Shown here one piece after another: positions 57,446 through 64,000 of a stretch of DNA of 64,000 nucleotides. The stretch is taken from assembly GCA_016288315.1 (NCBI GenBank), contig JAEEYU010000069.1, forward strand, positions 14,375 through 78,374, written 5' to 3'. The notes beneath the pieces were generated by a model, which was not told where the DNA came from, did not search any database, and saw nothing but the letters and a program-made list of their open reading frames with translations. Position 1 is the stretch's first letter; each line of letters opens with the position of its first letter. The translations under genes and the position numbers were made by a program. This DNA comes from Clostridiaceae bacterium (GTDB lineage Bacteria; Bacillota; Clostridia; Oscillospirales; Acutalibacteraceae).

Positions 57446-58522
57446 ATGAAAAAGACCGACAAAATAACCGCTGCAGCCGGTATTGCTGCAGGTGCCGTTA
57501 CGGCGGCTGTTCCCGCAGCAATCAGCATGTTGAAAACACGCAGTAATCCGGACCCCGCACCGAGACCTGAGAAGATTTCATGCGACGGGAGCGGCTTTCA
57601 GTTGCAGAGCGGAGAAGAGATTAAACTGCGCATTCTTGCTGTCAGGAACTATTCTTTAGACATTGAAAGCAGAGAAAAGCTATGTTCGAGATTCGGCCTT
57701 TACGGTATGGCGCAGGTTGTGCGGGAGTTTGAAAAATCAATGCTCACCGACAAAGACATCGCCTACGTTGCCGGGCTCGGTTTTAACTGCATAAGCATCA
57801 GTTTTTCATACACTCTAATTTATCCGAACGGAAAAATCGGCAAAAAGCCGGATTTTACGGCTCTTGACGGGATTGTTGAAAGCTGTTGCAGGAACGGCCT
57901 TTATGCAGCACTTAATCTTACGGATGCACGCACCTTTGCAAAAAAAGAAAAGCCGGAGAAGGCACTGCTTAAAATCTGGAAGCTTATTGCCGAACATTAT
58001 AAAACCGACAGCGCGGTTGCTCTCTATGACCTGACCGCTCCCGGCTTTGAGGGTGACTTTGAGAACTACTGCCGTAACGCCGTCAAAGCAATCCGCAAAT
58101 CGGATTTTGAAAAAGAAATAATCGCCCCCGTAAATTCGGGAGTCAAATTCACATATTCATCAGACGCAGACGGCAGTTCGCTGATTTTTGATGAAACTGC
58201 GCCGCATACTGAGTCAATTGAAAAGGCATACACCTCAGGCAAAAGCGTTATGTTCGAGCCGTTCAAATCGGACTACGTTTCGCTTGTTACGCTTGTTTAT
58301 GACAGTATTGATTTAAGCACCGATTCATATGAGGAGCTGCTGAAAAAATATGCCGCTCTCAACGATAAGACCATAAAGGATGACATTCTTGCCGGGGTGT
58401 TCATAAAGCTTTTCGGTGATGAGCCCGCAGGCGGCTTCGGCGACGTTACAGAAAAGAAAAACAAGCTTCATTTCAGTGCGGGATTCCGTCGCGGCACAGA
58501 GCTTACAACAATCAGCCGCTGA
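57446..58522 (+). CDS. Degenerate GH5-like (cellulase-fold) protein
   Basis: DIAYVAGLGFNCISI, LDGIVESC..NGLYAALNL and WKLIAEHYK..SAVALYDLTAP (TAP where NEP is expected). Confidence 0.6.
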   Translation: MKKTDKITAAAGIAAGAVTAAVPAAISMLKTRSNPDPAPRPEKISCDGSGFQLQSGEEIKLRILAVRNYSLDIESREKLCSRFGLYGMAQVVREFEKSMLTDKDIAYVAGLGFNCISISFSYTLIYPNGKIGKKPDFTALDGIVESCCRNGLYAALNLTDARTFAKKEKPEKALLKIWKLIAEHYKTDSAVALYDLTAPGFEGDFENYCRNAVKAIRKSDFEKEIIAPVNSGVKFTYSSDADGSSLIFDETAPHTESIEKAYTSGKSVMFEPFKSDYVSLVTLVYDSIDLSTDSYEELLKKYAALNDKTIKDDILAGVFIKLFGDEPAGGFGDVTEKKNKLHFSAGFRRGTELTTISR

Positions 58523-58537
58523 CCGAAAGGAGATTAT

Positions 58538-59299
58538 ATGAAGGATAAATTCAGAGTATTCAGAACAGTTATTTGCTTTATTCTTATTATTGCCCTGCCG
58601 CTTGTGTTTGCGGGCTGCAAAGATAAAACCGAAAAGCAGACCGAAAAGCTGTCTGACAAATACATTTCAGACAGGCATGTGGAGCAAAAATTCAAGGACC
58701 CTGACGGCAAGATTGCCTTTAAGTCGGATTACATTCTTCCAAAGCTTGAGATTAAAGGTGTAAACGAGCAGAGTATTTCATCCTTTAACCGCCTTATGGA
58801 TGCCATTGAGTCTGAGTCGCAGTCAAGCGCAATGACTGTTATAGCAAACAAGCTTTATGAAAAGGGCAAGCCGTGGAAGGAGACGGGCGGATACACCGTT
58901 CCATACGCGTCGCCCCGCTATATAAGTGTTCTTATTGAGCTTCAGCGTGAAACTTCATCGGGCAAAATAAACACGACCTACATTCCGGTTACATATTCAC
59001 TCATTGATTACAATCAGAGCAGTCTTACCAAATTCGGCAAGGTCAGCTCGGACTACCTGCAGACGCAGCTTGCAAAAATGTTGATGACGAAGATATCCGA
59101 TTCCGGTGCGGCAGTTCCCGAACTTTCGGTTATCCGCTCCGCCTTTGACCTTACATCATTTGTTCTGACGTCAGACGGCTTTGTCCTCTATTTCACCAAC
59201 AGCTCGCTTTCCGGTTTTTCGGACATAGCGGATTATTACAGCTTCACGTTTGATGAGGTTTCAAACCTGCTGGATATGCCGAACATACCCGAGCAGTAA
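58538..59299 (+). CDS. Lipoprotein, RsiV/PdaC (DUF3298/DUF4163)-like
   Basis: Lipobox FAGC; YISVLI, TYSL and SFVLTSDGFVLYF. Confidence 0.55.
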   Translation: MKDKFRVFRTVICFILIIALPLVFAGCKDKTEKQTEKLSDKYISDRHVEQKFKDPDGKIAFKSDYILPKLEIKGVNEQSISSFNRLMDAIESESQSSAMTVIANKLYEKGKPWKETGGYTVPYASPRYISVLIELQRETSSGKINTTYIPVTYSLIDYNQSSLTKFGKVSSDYLQTQLAKMLMTKISDSGAAVPELSVIRSAFDLTSFVLTSDGFVLYFTNSSLSGFSDIADYYSFTFDEVSNLLDMPNIPEQ

Positions 59300-59318
59300 T
59301 ACTGCAAATAATACAGAC

Positions 59319-59349
59319 AAAAATCCCCGTGCCTTACGACACGGGGATT
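59319..59349 (-). terminator. Terminator of the alpha operon (probably bidirectional)
   Basis: AATCCCCGTG / CACGGGGATT followed by a T run on the minus strand. Confidence 0.8.
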
Positions 59350-59361
59350 ATGTTTTGTTGA

Positions 59362-59718
59362 TTATTTCGCTTTGGGATCTGCAAGCTCGATGATGCACAT
59401 CTCAGCTGCGTCGCCTCTGCGCGGGCCTGTCTTCACGATACGGCAGTAACCGCCATTGACTTCCTTATATTTGGGGGCGATTTCGTCAAAGAGTTTTTTA
59501 ACAACATCCTCTTTTGTGACGTATGCCATAACCTGACGTTTTGCTTGAAGAGAATCATCCTTGGCGATGGTTATCATCTTTTCTGCCATTGAACGAACCT
59601 CTTTGGCCCTTGTAACGGTTGTCTCGATCTTGCCGTTCTCAAGGAGATAAGTAACAAGACCTCTGAGCATTGATATACGATGGTCGGTTGCACGGCCGAG
59701 TTTTCTACTACCGGGCAT
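59362..59718 (-). CDS. rplQ: 50S ribosomal protein L17
   Basis: [21 protein letters not shown] and RRGDAA. Confidence 0.98.
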   Translation of the reverse strand: MPGSRKLGRATDHRISMLRGLVTYLLENGKIETTVTRAKEVRSMAEKMITIAKDDSLQAKRQVMAYVTKEDVVKKLFDEIAPKYKEVNGGYCRIVKTGPRRGDAAEMCIIELADPKAK

Positions 59719-59750
59719 TTAATTCACACTCCTTTACCGTATTACGGGTC

Positions 59751-60701
59751 TTATTCGTCTTCTTTGCGAAGGGAGAATCCAAGTGACTGGAGTTTTGCTA
59801 CCACTTCGTCAAGAGACTTTCTGCCGAGGTTGCGGACTTTCATCATATCTTCCTCGGTTTTGCTTATTAAATCTTCCACAGTGTTTATCTGTGCTCTCTT
59901 CAGACAGTTGAAGGAGCGAACAGAAAGGTCAAGCTCCTCAATAGTCATCTCCAGCGCTTTTTCTTTGCCGCTGTCATCTTTGACCACCATAACATCGGTG
60001 CCGTAGGCTTCGCCTGAGAGGTCACCGAAGAGGCTGAGGTGCTCGTTGAGGATCTTGGCTGCGAGAGCAACGGAATTGACTGCTGAAATTGTTCCGTTTG
60101 TCCACACCTCGAGTGTCAGCTTATCATAGTCGGTAATCTGACCTACACGTGTGTTCTCGACTGTGTAATTCACCTTGTAAACAGGTGTATAAATTGAGTC
60201 TATTGCAATAACACCGATTGCAGGCTGCAGAATCTGTTTGTTTCTTTCAGCCGAAACATAACCTCTGCCCGTGTCGCAGGTGAGTTCCATATTGACATGA
60301 GCGTCGGCATTGAGACTTGCAATGTGAAGATCGGGGTTGAGAATCTCCACCTCTGAATCAGTCTGGATGCTGCCGGCTGTGATTTCGCCTTCGCCGTTGG
60401 CGTTGATGTAAAGAGTTTTGGGCATATCCGAGTGAATCTTGAGGATTACGCTCTTGAGATTGAGAACTATCTCTGTAACATCTTCTTTTACGCCGGGGAT
60501 TGTTGAAAATTCATGCTGAACACCGTCAATTTTGACAGATGTGATGGCATAGCCGGGAAGTGAGGAGAGAAGAACTCTGCGAAGGCAGTTGCCTAAGGTT
60601 GTTCCGTATTCCCTTTCAAGGGGCTCTACAACAAACTTACCGTATGAACCGTCAGCTGAAAGTTCGGCAGTATCTATTCTGGGCTTTTCGATACCAATCA
60701 T
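59751..60701 (-). CDS. rpoA: RNA polymerase alpha subunit
   Basis: [36 protein letters not shown] and RNLGRKS. Confidence 0.99.
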   Translation of the reverse strand: MIGIEKPRIDTAELSADGSYGKFVVEPLEREYGTTLGNCLRRVLLSSLPGYAITSVKIDGVQHEFSTIPGVKEDVTEIVLNLKSVILKIHSDMPKTLYINANGEGEITAGSIQTDSEVEILNPDLHIASLNADAHVNMELTCDTGRGYVSAERNKQILQPAIGVIAIDSIYTPVYKVNYTVENTRVGQITDYDKLTLEVWTNGTISAVNSVALAAKILNEHLSLFGDLSGEAYGTDVMVVKDDSGKEKALEMTIEELDLSVRSFNCLKRAQINTVEDLISKTEEDMMKVRNLGRKSLDEVVAKLQSLGFSLRKEDE

Positions 60702-60780
60702 TTAAAAACCCTCCTTGGTTATTTGCAGGCATATATGCCTGTTAAAAACGAGTAATTCAGAAAATCAAGCAATATGGCTA

Positions 60781-61407
60781 TTATTTTGAATAGAACTCGA
60801 CGATGAGATGCTCTTCAACGGGAACAGCAATCTGCTCACGGGTGGGAAGAGCGACAACTTTTGCTGTAAGTGCGTCAGCATTGAGGTCAAGCCACTGGGG
60901 AACAGGGCGGGAAGCGTTTGCTTCGATAACTGCCTTGAACTTTTCGCTCTGCTTGCTCTTATCTTTAAGCGCGATTTCATCGCCTGCTTTGAGGAGATAA
61001 GAAGGAATGTTGACGTTCTTGCCGTTTACCTTGAAGTGGTTGTGGGTAACAAGCTGTCTTGCTTCTGCGCGGGAGCTTGCCCAACCGAGAAGATAAACTA
61101 CGTTGTCAAGGCGGCTTTCGCAGATACGGAGAAGGTTTTCACCGGTGATGCCCTGCTTGCGCTCAGCCTCGATAAAATACTTATGGAACTGGCCTTCCTG
61201 AATACCGTAGTAGCGTCTGCACTGCTGCTTCGCGCGAAGCTGCAGACCGTATTCGGATGACTTTCTGCGGCTCTGGCCGTTGTGGCCGGGAGCATATGCT
61301 CTGCGCTCTAATGCGCACTTGCCTGTGTAGCAACGCTCACCCTTGAGGAAGAGCTTTTTGCCTTCACGGCGACAAAGTTTACATACCGGTCCGGTATATC
61401 TTGCCAT
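60781..61407 (-). CDS. rpsD: 30S ribosomal protein S4 (Cys/Zn form)
   Basis: [21 protein letters not shown] and IVEFYSK. Confidence 0.99.
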   Translation of the reverse strand: MARYTGPVCKLCRREGKKLFLKGERCYTGKCALERRAYAPGHNGQSRRKSSEYGLQLRAKQQCRRYYGIQEGQFHKYFIEAERKQGITGENLLRICESRLDNVVYLLGWASSRAEARQLVTHNHFKVNGKNVNIPSYLLKAGDEIALKDKSKQSEKFKAVIEANASRPVPQWLDLNADALTAKVVALPTREQIAVPVEEHLIVEFYSK

Positions 61408-61435
61408 TTTGTGTTACACCTCCAATAATTTCCGG

Positions 61436-61837
61436 TTACACGCGTCTTCTCTTGGGCGGGCGGCAGCCGTTGTGAGGAATGGGAGTAACGTCTTTGATAA
61501 GAGTTACGTCAAGTCCTGCTGTCTGAAGCGCTCTGATAGCTGCTTCACGACCCTGGCCGGGGCCTTTTACGAAAACTTCTACAGTCTTCATGCCGTGCTC
61601 AATAGCTGCTTTTGCTGCAACTTCCGCTGCGGTCTGTGCTGCAAAGGGAGTTGACTTCTTTGAGCCTCTGAAGCCCATCTCGCCTGCGCTTGCCCATGAA
61701 ACTGCATTGCCCTGAGTATCGGTTATTGTAACTATTGTGTTGTTAAAGGTGGACTGGATATGAGCTGAACCGCGTTCAACCATCTTACGCTCGCGGCGTT
61801 TGCGTGAACCGGCAGCTTTTTTTGCTACTTTAGCCAT
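61436..61837 (-). CDS. rpsK: 30S ribosomal protein S11
   Basis: STFNNT, KSTPFAA and [13 protein letters not shown]. Confidence 0.99.
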   Translation of the reverse strand: MAKVAKKAAGSRKRRERKMVERGSAHIQSTFNNTIVTITDTQGNAVSWASAGEMGFRGSKKSTPFAAQTAAEVAAKAAIEHGMKTVEVFVKGPGQGREAAIRALQTAGLDVTLIKDVTPIPHNGCRPPKRRRV

Positions 61838-61852
61838 AATATCCTCCTTGCG

Positions 61853-62221
61853 TTACTTCTTCTTATTGGCAATGGTCTTCTTGGGACCCTTGCGTGTTCT
61901 TGCGTTGGTCTTTGAACGCTGGCCTCTTACGGGAAGGCCCTTGCGGTGACGGACACCGCGGTAGCATCCGATTTCAATGAGTCTCTTGATGTCGAACGCA
62001 GTTTCTCTGCGAAGGTCACCTTCGACTTTGACATTATGGTCGATATATTCACGGATTTTGGAAATATCGTCCTCGGTTAAATCCTTGACTCTTGTGTCGG
62101 GATTGACGCCGGTTGCCGTAATAATGTCTGTAGCGGTTTTGCGACCTATGCCGTAGATATAAGTAAGAGCGATTTCTATTCTTTTATCTCTGGGCAGGTC
62201 AACACCTGATATACGCGCCAT
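61853..62221 (-). CDS. rpsM: 30S ribosomal protein S13
   Basis: MARISGVD and [15 protein letters not shown]. Confidence 0.99.
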   Translation of the reverse strand: MARISGVDLPRDKRIEIALTYIYGIGRKTATDIITATGVNPDTRVKDLTEDDISKIREYIDHNVKVEGDLRRETAFDIKRLIEIGCYRGVRHRKGLPVRGQRSKTNARTRKGPKKTIANKKK

Positions 62222-62258
62222 TTGTCAGTTGCACCTCCAATAAATGGTTTGCGTCGGA

Positions 62259-62372
62259 TTAACCCTGACGCTGCTTGTGCTTGGGATTTTCACAGATTAC
62301 CATTACTCTTCCCTTGCGTTTGATTATCTTGCATTTTTCGCACATTTTCTTGACAGAAGGTCTGACTTTCAT
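62259..62372 (-). CDS. rpmJ: 50S ribosomal protein L36 (Zn-binding form)
   Basis: Below the ORF-track cutoff. [47 protein letters not shown]. Confidence 0.97.
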   Translation of the reverse strand: MKVRPSVKKMCEKCKIIKRKGRVMVICENPKHKQRQG

Positions 62373-62389
62373 AATAGAATACCTCCTTA

Positions 62390-62608
62390 TTACTTAGAAC
62401 GCCATGTTATGCGGCCCTTGGTAAGGTCGTATGGCGACATTTCGACCGTTACTTTATCGCCGGGGAGAATTTTGATGTAGTTCATTCTCAGCTTACCGGA
62501 GATGTGAGCCAATATTCTGTGCCCGTTCTCCAATTCAACCTGGAAGGTTGCGTTGGGAAGGGATTCAACTACCGTACCTTCAATTTCGATCATATCCTGT
62601 TTGGACAT
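62390..62608 (-). CDS. infA: Translation initiation factor IF-1
   Basis: LPNATF, HISGKLR and [10 protein letters not shown]. Confidence 0.99.
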   Translation of the reverse strand: MSKQDMIEIEGTVVESLPNATFQVELENGHRILAHISGKLRMNYIKILPGDKVTVEMSPYDLTKGRITWRSK

Positions 62609-62872
62609 TTAATTACCTCCTGAGTTTTCGCCTTCCGCTGCGGCAAGAGCTTTGCGAAGCGCCCTGTTGCTTCTGAGCGCGTCCTCCTCCAGCTTTGCGT
62701 CAAGCACTTTGAGATGGCGGATGTTTTTGCTTTTCGGCTTTTCGATTTTTCTCTCTTTACCGTCGCAGACGAGCACGCGGTCAAGGTCGTCACTCCCGAC
62801 TGCTGCCAGGAGATAGCCTTTGTCGCGCCCCGCGAGCGAAAGCACAAGAGTTCCTTTTTCAAGCGGTTCCAT
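62609..62872 (-). CDS. KOW-motif RNA-binding protein (L14e-like)
   Basis: SLAGRDKG and DGKERKIEKPKSKNIRHL, in the usual clostridial position between map and infA. Confidence 0.88.
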   Translation of the reverse strand: MEPLEKGTLVLSLAGRDKGYLLAAVGSDDLDRVLVCDGKERKIEKPKSKNIRHLKVLDAKLEEDALRSNRALRKALAAAEGENSGGN

Positions 62873-62875
62873 AAT

Positions 62876-63625
62876 CTATACCTTCGTAAGAATTACGGGA
62901 CCGTCAGCCGTGATGGCTATTGTGTGCTCGAAGTGTGCCGAAAGTTTACCGTCTTTTGTTTTGATGGTCCAACCGTCTGACAACTGTTTTATTTCGTGTG
63001 TGCCCATATTAATCATGGGTTCGATTGCAATTGTCATACCGGGGACCAATCTTAAACCTCTTCCCGGGGTTCCGAAATTCGGTACGCTGGGATCCTCATG
63101 CATCTGAGTTCCTACTCCGTGACCGGTAAAAGAGCGGACTACGGAGTAACCTCTCTCCTCGCAATAAAACTGAACAGCATGACCGATGTCGCCGAGTCTG
63201 TTGCCTGCAACAGCCGCCTCGATGCCCTTGTAAAGCGCCTCTCTGGTGGTGTCGCTCAGCCGCTTTGCCTCGGGTGATATTTCACCCGCCGCAAAAGTGG
63301 CAGCATTATCACCGACATAGCCATTGAACGTTGCTCCGATGTCAATACTGACAATGTCGCCCGCCTTGACTATCTGCTTTTTGCTCGGAATGCCGTGGAT
63401 AACCACGTCGTTTATGGAAATACATGCTGCAGCAGGGTAACCGTTGTAACCTAAAAATGTGGGATACGCACCCGCATCTTTTATGAACTTGTGGGCTATA
63501 CGGTCCAGCTCATAGGTTGAGATGCCGGGCTTTACGGCGTCACCCGCTGCCTTTAATGCTCCTGCAGCTATTGCTCCTGCTTCTTTCATAAGTCGCAGTT
63601 CTCTGCTTGTTTTGAGCACTACCAT
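62876..63625 (-). CDS. map: Type I methionine aminopeptidase
   Basis: CISIN..HGIP, D/D metal ligands, GHGVG..HEDP, IEPM and AHFEHT. Confidence 0.97.
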   Translation of the reverse strand: MVVLKTSRELRLMKEAGAIAAGALKAAGDAVKPGISTYELDRIAHKFIKDAGAYPTFLGYNGYPAAACISINDVVIHGIPSKKQIVKAGDIVSIDIGATFNGYVGDNAATFAAGEISPEAKRLSDTTREALYKGIEAAVAGNRLGDIGHAVQFYCEERGYSVVRSFTGHGVGTQMHEDPSVPNFGTPGRGLRLVPGMTIAIEPMINMGTHEIKQLSDGWTIKTKDGKLSAHFEHTIAITADGPVILTKV

Positions 63626-63643
63626 GTCTTATCCTCCGCGGGC

Positions 63644-64000
63644 TTAATCAAGGAAGCCCTTGTAGTGACGCATCATCATCTGGCTCTCTAACTGCTTGTA
63701 AGTTTCAAGAGCAACGCCTACTACGATGATGATTGATGTGCCGCCGAGTGAAATGTTCATTGTTGCGCCGGGAGTCCAGAACTTGTCGAGAGCCCAGTTT
63801 GTGATGATTGTAAAGAGTATCGGGAACAGAGCCACAACGCTCAGAAGAAGGGCGCCTAAGAGGGTTATTCTCGAAAGAATCTTTGCAATGTAGTTCGCAG
63901 TGGGATCGCCGGGACGGATTCCGGGGATTGAACCGCCGTTTTCACGGATGTTCTTGGACATTTCTATCGGGTTATACTGAATTGTTGCGTAGAAATAAGC
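63644..64000 (-). CDS. secY: Preprotein translocase SecY, C-terminal part (5' end outside the window)
   Basis: IPGIRPG.PT, GGTSIIIVVGV and HYKGFL. Confidence 0.97.
   Translation of the reverse strand, partial: AYFYATIQYNPIEMSKNIRENGGSIPGIRPGDPTANYIAKILSRITLLGALLLSVVALFPILFTIITNWALDKFWTPGATMNISLGGTSIIIVVGVALETYKQLESQMMMRHYKGFLD

Noticed and set aside
1-64000. tRNA, rRNA, CRISPR arrays, IS elements, prophage or defence systems
   Set aside because: None recognised by eye. The intergenic spaces are short and mostly explained by promoters and terminators.

Overview
64 kb of chromosomal core and housekeeping DNA from an anaerobic Firmicute. Gene content and sigmaA promoters suggest Clostridia, probably Oscillospirales/Ruminococcaceae-like (inference). 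There are about 57 CDS. They include a COG0523 metallochaperone, azlCD, an acyl-CoA ligase, desulfoferrodoxin, a SEDS/bPBP pair, cysteine desulfurase-thiI-pncC-srtB, carAB, GH31 and GH3 glycosidases, four metallophosphoesterase genes, the NifU-like/GGGtGRT pair, rmuC, topB and the distal spc/alpha ribosomal operon (secY to rplQ). I found no integrase, transposase, CRISPR array, tRNA or rRNA. The most unusual signals are: (1) three unlinked genes (cysteine desulfurase, DUF1015, rmuC) have ACG at the expected start-Met position behind a well-spaced SD, and two of them share an exact 12-nt leader motif; (2) a 148-nt intergenic fold-back at 18050-18197 pairs mainly on the strand antisense to the flanking genes, with many G-U and few A-C pairs; (3) a cytoplasmic PI-PLC-like protein is coupled to a ribokinase carrying the RxGRGD signature of PPi-dependent myo-inositol kinases; (4) there are three apparent pseudo-enzymes: a membrane-anchored CinA paralogue behind sortase B, a GH5 fold lacking its NEP motif, and a dead second phosphoesterase domain; (5) adk is absent between secY and map. 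All family assignments come from motif recognition by eye; no searches were run.
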